DNA of 64,000 bases from Escherichia coli (GTDB taxonomy: Bacteria > Pseudomonadota > Gammaproteobacteria > Enterobacterales > Enterobacteriaceae), in the NCBI RefSeq assembly GCF_003334385.1, contig NZ_QOWN01000016.1. One strand, 5' to 3'. Within the stretch, counting starts at the first letter, position 1. Each line of letters begins with the position of its first letter. Shown here in pieces: positions 1-12,375 of the stretch. Both the position numbers and the translations under genes were made by a program. The notes under the pieces are model-generated. The model was not told the origin of the DNA. It ran no database searches and saw nothing but the letters and a program-made list of their open reading frames with translations.

Positions 1-82
1 ATTTGAACAGAACGCGCTGGAAGGTATGCTGGATACGCTGAAGAAAGATATCGCCCTGGGCGAAGAGTTCGTTAATAAGTAA
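1..82 (+). CDS. mdh: malate dehydrogenase, 3' end only (partial at window edge)
   Basis: Frame starting at nt 2 reads ...FEQNALEGMLDTLKKDIALGEEFVNK* with stop at 80-82; matches the Mdh C-terminus; convergent with degS. Confidence 0.85.
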   Translation, partial: FEQNALEGMLDTLKKDIALGEEFVNK

Positions 83-100
83 TTGATTAGCGGATAATAA

Positions 101-129
101 AAAACCGGAGCACAGACTCCGGTTTTTTG
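101..129. terminator. bidirectional rho-independent terminator between convergent mdh and degS
   Basis: AAAAACCGGAGCACAGACTCCGGTTTTTT: GC stem flanked by A-run and T-run. Confidence 0.6.
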
Positions 130-144
130 TTTTGAGCGCACGAC

Positions 145-1212
145 TTAATTGGTTGCCGGATATTCCTGAATGGTGACCTGCAGCGTTAACTGCTTATCAT
201 CACGCATCACTACTACAGGGATCACCGAACCAGGGCGAATTTCCGCCACCTGATCCATCGTCTCCAGAGCAGAGATGGCCGGTTTGTTATCCACCGAAAT
301 AATCAGATCGTTGACCTGAATACCCGCATTCGCCGCCGGGCCGTCAGGTGACACTTCATTAACCACGATCCCTTGCAGTTGATCTATACCACCGCCCTGC
401 GCGTGCAGTGGTGCGATCTCACGTCCGCCGATACCAATGTAGCCGCGGATCACGCGACCATCGCGGATCAGCTTATCCATAATTTTGGTTGCTAACTGGA
501 AAGGAATCGCAAAGCCGATACCTTCCGGCGTTTCGCCATCGTTACTCTTATCAAACGACAGCGTATTAATGCCCATCAGTTCGCCCAGCGAGTTCACCAG
601 CGCGCCGCCAGAGTTACCGTGGTTAATGGAAGCATCGGTTTGGAGGAAGTTTTGCCGCCCGGTCGGGTTCAGACCGATTCGACCCGTGGCACTAATAATC
701 CCCTGGGTAATGGTCTGCCCGAGGTTGTACGGGTTACCGATCGCCAGTACTACGTCGCCAATGTGCGGTACGCGACGTGCATTAATTGGAATGGTAGGTA
801 AACCGCCAGTGGCATTAATTTTAAGTACCGCCAGATCGGTTAGAGAGTCAGATCCCACCAGCAATGCTTCAAATACACGTCCATCCTGTAAGGCGACGAT
901 GATCTGATCGGCGTCGTTGATGACGTGTTTATTGGTGATGATATAACCGTGTTGATCCATGATTACACCGGATCCCAGGGTGCGGATCTCAAGCTGGTTG
1001 TGAGAGTTGGTGTTCAAACCACGGTTGTAAACGTTAACCACCGCTGGCGCGGCGCGGCGAACCGCCAGATTATAGCTGGCAGGCGTCTCATCGGTACTGT
1101 CAAATTGCGGAGTGGAAAGCGGGTTAAGGCTGCGCAGCGAAGGCATGGCAACCAGCAGAATAGCGCCGACAATTAATCCAATCGCAACGGAACGTAAGAG
1201 CTTCACAAACAT
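145..1212 (-). CDS. degS: periplasmic serine endoprotease DegS (RseA site-1 protease)
   Basis: 355-aa ORF; N-terminal membrane anchor, trypsin-like GNSGG motif, C-terminal PDZ; synteny degQ-degS-mdh. Confidence 0.95.
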   Translation of the reverse strand: MFVKLLRSVAIGLIVGAILLVAMPSLRSLNPLSTPQFDSTDETPASYNLAVRRAAPAVVNVYNRGLNTNSHNQLEIRTLGSGVIMDQHGYIITNKHVINDADQIIVALQDGRVFEALLVGSDSLTDLAVLKINATGGLPTIPINARRVPHIGDVVLAIGNPYNLGQTITQGIISATGRIGLNPTGRQNFLQTDASINHGNSGGALVNSLGELMGINTLSFDKSNDGETPEGIGFAIPFQLATKIMDKLIRDGRVIRGYIGIGGREIAPLHAQGGGIDQLQGIVVNEVSPDGPAANAGIQVNDLIISVDNKPAISALETMDQVAEIRPGSVIPVVVMRDDKQLTLQVTIQEYPATN

Positions 1213-1301
1213 GATGGAGGCGTCATTAAAAAAGGGAACGGCAGCAGCATACCACGAGTTAACCGGACATCACACGTAAGCCTGATGCCCGGTTTACGAC
1301 A

Positions 1302-2669
1302 TTAACGCATCAGCAGATAGATGCTTTCATTGCCGCGTACAATTTGCAGGGCGATGATGGCCGGTTTTGCCGCCAGCACTTTACGCATTTCAGCAATCGA
1401 GTTCACCCGATCGCGGTTGACGCCAATGATCACATCGTCTTTTTGCAAGCCAGCCTGAGCAGCTGGGCTTCCTTTGACAACTTCATCGATTTTAATACCT
1501 TTGCCGCCATCTTTTAGCTGACCATCGCTCAACGTTGCACCTTCCAGCGCTGGCGTGATCATTTCAGCGCTGGCCGACGAAGAGGTGCTGGTATCGAGCG
1601 TCACTTCTACTTCCAGTGGTTTGCCGTTACGCAGCAGGCCAAGCTTCACTTTCGTGCCCGGCTCGGTGGTCGCGATACGAGAGCGCAACTCAGCAAAGCT
1701 ATTCAGCGGTTTGCCGTTGAGGCTGGTAATAATATCGCCCGCTTTGACGCCCGCTTTTGCCGAGCCAGAACCTGGCAACACTTCGCTGACAAACGCGCCA
1801 CGCTGCACGTCAAGGTTGAAGGCTTTGGCGATATCGGCACTCATCTCGGTGCCTTTGATGCCTAACAAACCGCGTTTGATTTCACCAAAGTCGATAAGCT
1901 GCTGCGCCAGTGTTCGCGCCATATTACTGGGGATGGCAAATCCAATCCCGACGCTCCCGCCGCCAGGCGCAAGGATTGCAGTGTTGATGCCAATTAACTC
2001 ACCGTTAAGGTTTAATAGTGCACCGCCGGAGTTACCGCGGTTAATGGAAGCATCTGTCTGGATAAAGTTTTCCAGACCTTCAAGATTCAACCCGCTGCGG
2101 CCTAATGCGGAAACAATGCCAGAGGTGGCGGTTTGCCCAAGGCCAAATGGGTTACCGACCGCTACGGCAAAATCACCGACGCGCAATTTATCGGAGTCGG
2201 CAATAGCGATTTGCGTTAATTTGCTCGGGTTTTGAATTTGTAACAGGGCGATATCGCTCTGGTCATCGCTACCAATCAGTTTTGCATCAAACTCGCGCCC
2301 ATCATTGAGCTGAATACTGATTTTCTGTGCCTGATTAATCACATGGTTGTTGGTCAGCACATAGCCTTTACTGGCGTTGATGATGACACCGGAGCCTAAA
2401 CCTTCGAAGGGTTGTGCAGGTTGATCCGGTAAATCATCACCAAAAAACTTTTTGAATTCTTCCGGGATTTTCTGTCCCTGACTGGCCGTTCCTTCCACCC
2501 GTACGCTCACCACTGCCGGAAGCACTTTTTCCAGCATTGGAGCCAGACTGGGGAGAGGGGCCTGATCGGCAACCTGGCCTGGAATCGACGCGACGGCCTG
2601 AAATGACGCCGAGAGAGTTAACCCGACACTTAACGCTAATGCACTCAACAGCTGGGTTTGTTTTTTCAT
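1302..2669 (-). CDS. degQ: periplasmic serine endoprotease DegQ
   Basis: ORF 1302..2711; start set at MKKQTQLLSALALS (signal peptide), 455 aa; HtrA family, GNSGG, two PDZ domains. Confidence 0.95.
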   Translation of the reverse strand: MKKQTQLLSALALSVGLTLSASFQAVASIPGQVADQAPLPSLAPMLEKVLPAVVSVRVEGTASQGQKIPEEFKKFFGDDLPDQPAQPFEGLGSGVIINASKGYVLTNNHVINQAQKISIQLNDGREFDAKLIGSDDQSDIALLQIQNPSKLTQIAIADSDKLRVGDFAVAVGNPFGLGQTATSGIVSALGRSGLNLEGLENFIQTDASINRGNSGGALLNLNGELIGINTAILAPGGGSVGIGFAIPSNMARTLAQQLIDFGEIKRGLLGIKGTEMSADIAKAFNLDVQRGAFVSEVLPGSGSAKAGVKAGDIITSLNGKPLNSFAELRSRIATTEPGTKVKLGLLRNGKPLEVEVTLDTSTSSSASAEMITPALEGATLSDGQLKDGGKGIKIDEVVKGSPAAQAGLQKDDVIIGVNRDRVNSIAEMRKVLAAKPAIIALQIVRGNESIYLLMR

Positions 2670-2822
2670 TATTCCTGCTCTCGTACCTGAATGATAAGAA
2701 AAGAGATTCAAAACAGTTTGATGTTATTGAATTTTCAGACGGCTAACAATGAGACACCAGATTAAATGATAGTCGGGGAGGGAGAGAAGAGGAGGGCGCA
2801 ATGGCTGCGCCCGAAAAATAAA

Positions 2823-3221
2823 TTAGTCGCGCTTCGCGCCAGTACGCAGCAGGCCGGATGCGCCTTCAGAATAGTCGCGAGGCATCTGCACCGGTGCCTG
2901 ATCGTTGCTGGCTTCAGACTCTGCCAGACGATTACGGAACGGGTTTGCTTCAGCAGACAGTTCCGGCAGCAGGCTGCTGGAGCTTTTTGCCATGTGCTGA
3001 TACAGCTGGCGATAGTCGTGCGCCATGGTATCCAGTAATTCCGCGCTGCGGGCAAAGTGGCTAACCAGCTCTTCGCGATACTCGTCCAGTTCAGCTTTAT
3101 TCTTTTCCAGTTCGTACTGCAACGCCTGTTGCTGGCGTAGTTTACGATTACCAAAACGCATGGCCACAGCACCAATAATGATGCCGACGACTAACCCAAT
3201 TAGCGCATATTCCCAGGTCAT
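2823..3221 (-). CDS. zapG: Z-ring associated inner membrane protein ZapG (YhcB)
   Basis: ORF 2823..3227; start at MTWEYALIGLVVG, 132 aa; N-terminal TM helix plus coiled coil. Confidence 0.9.
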   Translation of the reverse strand: MTWEYALIGLVVGIIIGAVAMRFGNRKLRQQQALQYELEKNKAELDEYREELVSHFARSAELLDTMAHDYRQLYQHMAKSSSSLLPELSAEANPFRNRLAESEASNDQAPVQMPRDYSEGASGLLRTGAKRD

Positions 3222-3414
3222 GAACATCTCCCGTTGTCTTTTGTTTCCGTAGGGTGTTGGCTTCAGGCTCCATGCCTGCGGCTGATTATGCCACTATAAC
3301 CGTTAATTCCACAGAAGTGGAATCCCGACTGCATATCGCGTAGTGTAGAACGGCCTTTTTTTCGTCAACCGTGAACAACGGCGCACCGATTATTCAAGGA
3401 ATAACAATAAGATC

Positions 3415-4542
3415 ATGCAAAGCGTTACCCCAACATCGCAATACCTGAAGGCGCTTAATGAAGGCAGCCATCAACCCGACGACGTTCAAAAAGAGGCCGT
3501 CAGCCGCCTGGAAATTATTTATCAGGAACTCATCAATAGCACGCCACCAGCCCCCAGGACGAGTGGGCTAATGGCGCGGGTCGGTAAGCTGTGGGGTAAA
3601 CGCGAAGACATAAAGCATACGCCAGTGCGTGGCTTATATATGTGGGGCGGTGTAGGACGCGGGAAAACCTGGCTGATGGACCTTTTCTATCAAAGCCTGC
3701 CGGGAGAGCGGAAACAGCGCCTGCACTTTCACCGTTTTATGCTGCGGGTGCATGAAGAGCTAACTGCCTTACAGGGGCAGACCGATCCGCTGGAAATTAT
3801 TGCCGATCGCTTTAAAGCCGAAACTGACGTGCTCTGTTTTGACGAATTTTTTGTTTCTGATATTACCGATGCCATGCTACTTGGCGGTCTGATGAAAGCC
3901 CTGTTCGCTCGCGGTATTACCCTGGTAGCGACGTCAAATATTCCGCCGGATGAACTTTATCGAAATGGCCTGCAACGTGCGCGTTTTCTGCCTGCAATCG
4001 ATGCCATTAAACAGCATTGTGATGTAATGAACGTGGACGCTGGTGTTGATTATCGTCTGCGTACACTCACTCAGGCGCATCTGTGGCTTTCGCCACTTCA
4101 CGATGAAACCCGGGCGCAAATGGATAAACTATGGTTGGCGCTGGCGGGGGGGAAACGAGAAAATTCACCGACGTTAGAAATCAACCATCGGCCATTAGCA
4201 ACAATGGGCGTCGAGAACCAGACGCTGGCGGTCTCTTTTACTACGCTGTGCGTCGACGCCCGCAGTCAGCATGACTATATTGCGCTCTCACGTCTCTTTC
4301 ATACGGTCATGTTGTTTGATGTACCAGTTATGACGCGGTTGATGGAGAGCGAAGCGCGGCGCTTTATTGCGCTGGTGGATGAGTTTTACGAGCGCCATGT
4401 CAAATTAGTGGTGAGTGCAGAAGTGCCGCTGTATGAAATTTATCAGGGCGATCGGCTGAAGTTTGAGTTCCAGCGTTGCCTGTCACGTCTGCAAGAGATG
4501 CAAAGCGAAGAGTATCTGAAGCGCGAGCATTTGGCGGGTTAA
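3415..4542 (+). CDS. zapE: cell division ATPase ZapE (YhcM), AFG1-like
   Basis: 375-aa ORF; Walker A GGVGRGKT; conserved position upstream of rplM. Confidence 0.9.
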   Translation: MQSVTPTSQYLKALNEGSHQPDDVQKEAVSRLEIIYQELINSTPPAPRTSGLMARVGKLWGKREDIKHTPVRGLYMWGGVGRGKTWLMDLFYQSLPGERKQRLHFHRFMLRVHEELTALQGQTDPLEIIADRFKAETDVLCFDEFFVSDITDAMLLGGLMKALFARGITLVATSNIPPDELYRNGLQRARFLPAIDAIKQHCDVMNVDAGVDYRLRTLTQAHLWLSPLHDETRAQMDKLWLALAGGKRENSPTLEINHRPLATMGVENQTLAVSFTTLCVDARSQHDYIALSRLFHTVMLFDVPVMTRLMESEARRFIALVDEFYERHVKLVVSAEVPLYEIYQGDRLKFEFQRCLSRLQEMQSEEYLKREHLAG

Positions 4543-4673
4543 AACCTGTCACAAATCACAAAAAGGGGTCGATCTTTGACCCCGACTTCTCTATAATCCT
4601 GCGACCCCACGTTACAAGAAAGTTTTTTTCCCAAAACTTTTTGTGTGCTGGCATAGGCTATTCGAAGGGGTAG

Positions 4674-5189
<516 letters not shown>

Positions 5190-5201
5190 TCGGGATTATA
5201 G

Positions 5202-5597
<396 letters not shown>

Positions 5598-5630
5598 TTG
5601 GCTTCTGCTCCGGCAGAAAACAATTTTCGA

Positions 5631-5657
5631 AAAAACCCGCTTCGGCGGGTTTTTTTA
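5631..5657 (+). terminator. rho-independent terminator of rplM-rpsI operon
   Basis: AAAAAACCCGCTTCGGCGGGTTTTTTTAT: GC hairpin plus T-run. Confidence 0.8.
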
Positions 5658-5991
5658 TAGCTAAAATCTGAATCAGCGTAAAAACTGGAAAGTTGCTTTT
5701 TGCTGCCACCTGACAGACAGGTAAAACAAAAACCACATCGCCAATAAGGGACTAAGTCAACTATTTCAGACTAAAGCGCATCTCTTTTTCCCCATTTCCG
5801 GCATCGACTCACCACAATGGTCGCAAAATCTGGTAAACTATCATCCAATTTTCTGCCCAAATGTCGGGTATTGCTCATTTTTTGTTTGATTTTCGAACAA
5901 AGAGAGTCGTTCCTTATTGGGTAACACAACTTCTGACTGGCCACCTGGTGGCTGGTAGCAGTAAAAATTCTGACTATACCTGGAGGTTTTC

Positions 5992-6630
5992 ATGGCTGTC
6001 GCTGCCAACAAACGTTCGGTAATGACGCTGTTTTCCGGTCCTACTGACATCTATAGCCATCAGGTCCGCATTGTGCTGGCTGAGAAAGGTGTAAGTTTCG
6101 AGATCGAACACGTGGAAAAGGACAATCCGCCTCAGGATCTGATTGACCTCAACCCGAATCAGAGCGTTCCGACCCTGGTGGATCGTGAGCTGACCCTGTG
6201 GGAATCTCGCATCATTATGGAATATCTGGATGAGCGTTTCCCGCATCCGCCACTGATGCCTGTTTACCCGGTAGCTCGCGGTGAAAGCCGTCTGTACATG
6301 CATCGCATCGAAAAAGACTGGTACACGCTGATGAACACCATCATCAACGGTTCAGCTTCTGAAGCAGATGCCGCACGTAAGCAACTGCGCGAAGAACTGC
6401 TGGCGATTGCGCCGGTCTTCGGTCAGAAGCCGTACTTCCTGAGCGATGAGTTCAGCCTGGTCGATTGCTATCTTGCTCCGCTGCTGTGGCGTCTGCCGCA
6501 ACTGGGCATCGAGTTCAGCGGCCCGGGTGCGAAAGAGCTGAAAGGCTATATGACCCGCGTCTTTGAGCGTGACTCTTTCCTTGCTTCTTTAACTGAAGCA
6601 GAACGTGAAATGCGTCTGGGCCGGAGTTAA
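5992..6630 (+). CDS. sspA: stringent starvation protein A (GST-like, RNAP-associated)
   Basis: 212-aa ORF; recognised sequence; operon with sspB. Confidence 0.95.
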   Translation: MAVAANKRSVMTLFSGPTDIYSHQVRIVLAEKGVSFEIEHVEKDNPPQDLIDLNPNQSVPTLVDRELTLWESRIIMEYLDERFPHPPLMPVYPVARGESRLYMHRIEKDWYTLMNTIINGSASEADAARKQLREELLAIAPVFGQKPYFLSDEFSLVDCYLAPLLWRLPQLGIEFSGPGAKELKGYMTRVFERDSFLASLTEAEREMRLGRS

Positions 6631-6635
6631 TCTGT

Positions 6636-7133
6636 ATGGATTTGTCACAGCTAACACCACGTCGTCCCTATCTGCTGCGTGCATTCTATGAGTGGTTGCT
6701 GGATAACCAGCTCACGCCGCACCTGGTGGTGGATGTGACGCTCCCTGGCGTGCAGGTTCCTATGGAATATGCGCGTGACGGGCAAATCGTACTCAACATT
6801 GCGCCGCGTGCTGTCGGCAATCTGGAACTGGCGAATGATGAGGTGCGCTTTAACGCGCGCTTTGGTGGCATTCCGCGTCAGGTTTCTGTGCCGCTGGCTG
6901 CCGTGCTGGCTATCTACGCCCGTGAAAATGGCGCAGGCACGATGTTTGAGCCTGAAGCTGCCTACGATGAAGATACCAACATCATGAATGATGAAGAGGC
7001 ATCGGCAGACAACGAAACCGTTATGTCGGTTATTGATGGCGACAAGCCAGATCACGATGATGACACTCATCCTGACGATGAACCTCCGCAGCCACCACGC
7101 GGTGGTCGACCGGCATTACGCGTTGTGAAGTAA
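6636..7133 (+). CDS. sspB: ClpXP specificity adaptor SspB
   Basis: 165-aa ORF; acidic C-terminal tail ending ...GGRPALRVVK. Confidence 0.95.
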   Translation: MDLSQLTPRRPYLLRAFYEWLLDNQLTPHLVVDVTLPGVQVPMEYARDGQIVLNIAPRAVGNLELANDEVRFNARFGGIPRQVSVPLAAVLAIYARENGAGTMFEPEAAYDEDTNIMNDEEASADNETVMSVIDGDKPDHDDDTHPDDEPPQPPRGGRPALRVVK

Positions 7134-7136
7134 TAC

Positions 7137-7168
7137 AAAACAGGCCCAGGCGGCCTGTTTTGTCTTTT
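7137..7168. terminator. bidirectional terminator between convergent sspB and dcuD
   Basis: AAAACAGGCCCAGGCGGCCTGTTTTGTCTTTTT hairpin with flanking A/T runs. Confidence 0.7.
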
Positions 7169-7175
7169 TAATGAC

Positions 7176-8543
7176 TTAATAAAATAGCGTGATTGTGGCA
7201 ATCATATTCACCACGAAACCGACTGCCATGGGGATCGCTGTCCGCTTCACCACCGCAAAAGGCGAAACGCCTGCAATTCCTGACGTAACGACCACCACCG
7301 CAGTAATCGGCGAAACCGCGCGCGCTAGCGTCGTGGCAAAATGCATCGGCATAATCATTACAACCGCTGGTACATGTAGTCCGGCTGCGATATTCGGAAT
7401 AAGACTGGCAAATGACATAAACGGCGCATTGCCAGAGCCCATCACAATGGCACAAATGGCAATGACCAGCGCCATAATAATCATCACGCCAATACCGCCC
7501 AGACCAGAATGCTCCGCCCCCCTGATAACCGCATCGACAGTGCCAATCGTCGTTAAGCCTTTCGCAAATATTTCACCCGCGACCACCAGCGTTACCACGT
7601 TGGCAAACTGCGTACCCATGCCGTCAAAAAACGCCTGCACATCGTCCATTGTTTCGCGCAAGTTATGCTTGCGGAAGAACTCAACAAACATCGTCACAGT
7701 CAAACTCAGTAACATCACCACCACCAGATGCAGTTCTGACTGCATCAGCCCGACGTGGGCGAGGAACAGCGAGCCGAGCATCAGGATTAACGGCATCACA
7801 GGTAAAATGGCGTAATAGAGCGGCGGGACATTATCGAGAGCTTTTTGCTCTGCCTGTTCGTGATTGATATTTTTATCTTTTTTGTCAAAAGCGCGTTGCA
7901 CGAAAAAGTGGGAGATCGCCACCGAGATAATGACGCAAGAGGCGACCGGAAGCTGGTAGTGGAAGAAGTATGTGGCAATTTTCATTCCCGCTACCTGGGC
8001 AGCAAAAATGGAGTTCGTTTCCAGAATCCCCCACTCAATGGACATCGTGGTTGCGATAACTGCCACCGCAGAGAGACGACTTACTCCCAGACTCACCAGC
8101 GTCGGAAATAAGGTGACCATCAGCAACATACCCAGACCGGAGGCGCTGGTAATAAACTGCGCCATGATTTGGCCGATGACGTAAGTTGCCGACAGAATAA
8201 TATACGGCGAGCGAATGAGTTTTAACGGGCGGCTTAACAAGCTCACCATCGCGCGACTGGCCCCTATGCGCTCCATGTAGCGGGCATAACCGCCCACCGC
8301 CATAATCGACAGCCCCAATCCGGCAATGCGGTTGGACAGCATGCGCAGGATTTCATTATAAATATCGACGATCAAGTAGCCGCTGCTTTTGGTGGGATCG
8401 AGTACACCACCGAACCCTAACCAGACACCGCACATCATCAGGAAGATACCTGCGGCAGCCAGCACCACCTGAGGTTTGTAGTTTTTCAGGATCAAATAGC
8501 CCATCGTAATTAATACGATGACAGATATAATTATGCCGAACAT
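7176..8543 (-). CDS. dcuD: putative C4-dicarboxylate transporter, DcuC family
   Basis: ORF 7176..8561; start at [22 protein letters not shown] with GGAG RBS, 455 aa; polytopic membrane protein. Confidence 0.9.
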
Positions 8544-8922
8544 TGTTGAACTCCGTGTCAAAAGAAAACGGTCAATCCCATAAACGGCAGATTGAAAACA
8601 ACGATGTTATATTTTTTGCAAGGCTATTTATGGTGCGGATGTCGTGTTTTTAATTGTAGGTGAGGTGATTTTTCATTAAAAAATATGCGCTTATGATTAT
8701 TTTGTAAGAACACATTCATAATATTCATAATGCTCGTGAATAGTCTTATAAATAATTCAAACGGGATGTTTTTATCTGCGTTACATTAATTTTTCGCAAT
8801 AGTTAATTATTCCGTTAATTATGGTAATGATGAGGCACAAAGAGAAAACCCTGCCATTTTCCCCTACTTTCAATCCTGTGATAGGATGTCACTGATGATG
8901 TTAATCACACTGACCTTACAGA

Positions 8923-9714
8923 ATGGGCCTTATGAACGCATTTGATTCGCAAACCGAAGATTCTTCACCTGCAATTGGTCGCAACTTGCGTAGCCGCCCG
9001 CTGGCGCGTAAAAAACTCTCCGAAATGGTGGAAGAAGAGCTGGAACAGATGATCCGCCGTCGTGAATTTGGCGAAGGTGAACAATTACCGTCTGAACGCG
9101 AACTGATGGCGTTCTTTAACGTCGGGCGTCCTTCGGTGCGTGAAGCGCTGGCAGCGTTAAAACGCAAAGGTCTGGTGCAAATAAACAACGGCGAACGCGC
9201 TCGCGTCTCGCGTCCTTCTGCGGACACTATCATCGGTGAGCTTTCCGGCATGGCGAAAGATTTCCTTTCTCATCCCGGTGGGATTGCCCATTTCGAACAA
9301 TTACGTCTGTTCTTTGAATCCAGTCTGGTGCGCTATGCGGCTGAACATGCCACCGATGAGCAAATCGATTTGCTGGCAAAAGCACTGGAAATCAACAGTC
9401 AGTCGCTGGATAACAACGCGGCATTCATTCGTTCAGACGTTGATTTCCACCGCGTGCTGGCGGAGATCCCCGGTAACCCAATCTTCATGGCGATCCACGT
9501 TGCCCTGCTCGACTGGCTTATTGCCGCACGCCCAACGGTTACCGATCAGGCACTGCACGAACATAACAACGTTAGTTATCAACAGCATATTGCGATCGTT
9601 GATGCGATCCGCCGTCATGATCCTGACGAAGCCGATCGTGCGTTGCAATCGCATCTCAACAGCGTCTCTGCTACCTGGCACGCTTTCGGTCAGACCACCA
9701 ACAAAAAGAAATAA
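8923..9714 (+). CDS. nanR: sialic acid regulon repressor NanR (GntR/FadR family)
   Basis: 263-aa ORF; N-terminal wHTH; immediately upstream of nanA operator. Confidence 0.92.
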
Positions 9715-9777
9715 TGCCACTTTAGTGAAGCAGATCGCATTATAAGCTTTCTGTATGGGGTGTTGCTTAATTGATCT

Positions 9778-9800
9778 GGTATAACAGGTATAAAGGTATA
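9778..9800 (+). promoter_or_regulatory. NanR operator, three direct GGTATA repeats in nanA promoter
   Basis: GGTATAACAGGTATAAAGGTATA about 36 bp upstream of nanA ATG. Confidence 0.8.
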
Positions 9801-9835
9801 TCGTTTATCAGACAAGCATCACTTCAGAGGTATTT

Positions 9836-10729
9836 ATGGCAACGAATTTACGTGGCGTAATGGCTGCACTCCTGACTCCTTTTGACCAACAACAAGCACT
9901 GGATAAAGCGAGTCTGCGTCGCCTGGTTCAGTTCAATATTCAGCAGGGCATCGACGGTTTATACGTGGGTGGTTCGACCGGCGAGGCCTTTGTACAAAGC
10001 CTTTCCGAGCGTGAACAGGTACTGGAAATCGTCGCCGAAGAGGCGAAAGGTAAGATTAAACTCATCGCCCACGTCGGTTGCGTCAGCACCGCCGAAAGCC
10101 AACAACTTGCGGCATCGGCTAAACGTTATGGCTTCGATGCCGTCTCCGCCGTCACGCCGTTCTACTATCCTTTCAGCTTTGAAGAACACTGCGATCACTA
10201 TCGGGCAATTATTGATTCGGCGGATGGTTTGCCGATGGTGGTGTACAACATTCCAGCCCTGAGTGGGGTAAAACTGACCCTGGATCAGATCAACACACTT
10301 GTTACATTGCCTGGCGTAGGTGCGCTGAAACAGACCTCTGGCGATCTCTATCAGATGGAGCAGATCCGTCGTGAACATCCTGATCTTGTGCTCTATAACG
10401 GTTACGACGAAATCTTCGCCTCTGGTCTGCTGGCGGGCGCTGATGGTGGTATCGGCAGTACCTACAACATCATGGGCTGGCGCTATCAGGGGATCGTTAA
10501 GGCGCTGAAAGAAGGCGATATCCAGACCGCGCAGAAACTGCAAACTGAATGCAATAAAGTCATTGATTTACTGATCAAAACGGGCGTATTCCGCGGCCTG
10601 AAAACTGTCCTCCATTATATGGATGTCGTTTCTGTGCCGCTGTGCCGCAAACCGTTTGGACCGGTAGATGAAAAATATCTGCCAGAACTGAAGGCGCTGG
10701 CCCAGCAGTTGATGCAAGAGCGCGGGTGA
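9836..10729 (+). CDS. nanA: N-acetylneuraminate lyase
   Basis: 297-aa ORF; DapA/NAL family; first gene of nanATEK. Confidence 0.95.
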
Positions 10730-10837
10730 GTTGTTTCCCCTCGCTCGCCCCTACCGGGTGAGGGGAAATAAACGCATCTGTACCCTACAATTTTCATACC
10801 AAAGCGTGTGGGCATCGCCCACCGCGGGAGACTCACA

Positions 10838-12328
10838 ATGAGTACTACAACCCAGAATATCCCGTGGTATCGCCATCTCAACCGTGCACAATGGCGCGCA
10901 TTTTCCGCTGCCTGGTTGGGATATCTGCTTGACGGTTTTGATTTCGTTTTAATCGCCCTGGTACTCACCGAAGTACAAGGTGAATTCGGGCTGACGACGG
11001 TGCAGGCGGCAAGTCTGATCTCTGCAGCCTTTATCTCTCGCTGGTTCGGCGGCCTGATGCTCGGCGCTATGGGTGACCGCTACGGGCGTCGTCTGGCAAT
11101 GGTCACCAGCATCGTTCTCTTCTCGGCCGGGACGCTGGCCTGCGGCTTTGCGCCAGGCTACATCACCATGTTTATCGCTCGTCTGGTCATCGGCATGGGG
11201 ATGGCGGGTGAATACGGTTCCAGCGCCACCTATGTCATTGAAAGCTGGCCAAAACATCTGCGTAACAAAGCCAGTGGTTTTTTGATTTCAGGCTTCTCTG
11301 TGGGGGCCGTCGTTGCCGCTCAGGTCTATAGCCTGGTGGTTCCGGTCTGGGGCTGGCGTGCGCTGTTCTTTATCGGCATTTTGCCAATCATCTTTGCTCT
11401 CTGGCTGCGTAAAAACATCCCGGAAGCGGAAGACTGGAAAGAGAAACACGCAGGTAAAGCACCAGTACGCACAATGGTGGATATTCTCTACCGTGGTGAA
11501 CATCGCATTGCCAATATCGTAATGACACTGGCGGCGGCTACTGCGCTGTGGTTCTGCTTCGCCGGTAACCTGCAAAATGCCGCGATCGTCGCTGTTCTTG
11601 GGCTGTTATGCGCCGCAATCTTTATCAGCTTTATGGTGCAGAGTACAGGCAAACGCTGGCCAACGGGCGTAATGCTGATGGTGGTCGTGTTGTTTGCTTT
11701 CCTCTACTCATGGCCGATTCAGGCGCTGCTGCCAACGTATCTGAAAACCGATCTGGCTTATAACCCGCATACTGTAGCCAATGTGCTGTTCTTTAGTGGC
11801 TTTGGCGCGGCGGTGGGATGCTGCGTAGGTGGCTTCCTCGGTGACTGGCTGGGAACCCGCAAAGCGTACGTTTGTAGCCTGCTGGCCTCGCAGCTGCTGA
11901 TTATTCCGGTATTTGCGATTGGCGGCGCAAACGTCTGGGTGCTCGGTCTGTTACTGTTCTTCCAGCAAATGCTTGGACAAGGGATCGCCGGGATCTTACC
12001 AAAACTGATTGGCGGTTATTTCGATACCGACCAGCGTGCAGCGGGCCTGGGCTTTACCTACAACGTTGGCGCATTGGGCGGTGCACTGGCCCCAATCATC
12101 GGCGCGTTGATCGCTCAACGTCTGGATCTGGGTACTGCGCTGGCATCGCTCTCGTTCAGTCTGACGTTCGTGGTGATCCTGCTGATTGGGCTGGATATGC
12201 CTTCTCGCGTTCAGCGTTGGTTGCGCCCGGAAGCGTTGCGTACTCATGACGCTATCGACGGTAAACCATTCAGCGGTGCCGTGCCGTTTGGCAGCGCCAA
12301 AAACGATTTAGTCAAAACCAAAAGTTAA
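10838..12328 (+). CDS. nanT: sialic acid MFS transporter NanT
   Basis: ORF 10808..12328; start at [15 protein letters not shown], 496 aa; MFS topology. Confidence 0.93.
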
Positions 12329-12375
12329 TCCTGTTGCCCGGTCTATGTACCGGGCCTTTCGCTAAGGGAAGATGT

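Noticed and set aside
10735-10780. Inverted repeat TTCCCCTCGC...GAGGGGAAA after nanA, considered as REP or terminator
   Set aside because: Does not match the REP consensus and lacks a T-run; nanA and nanT are co-transcribed, so a strong terminator is not expected here. Left unannotated.
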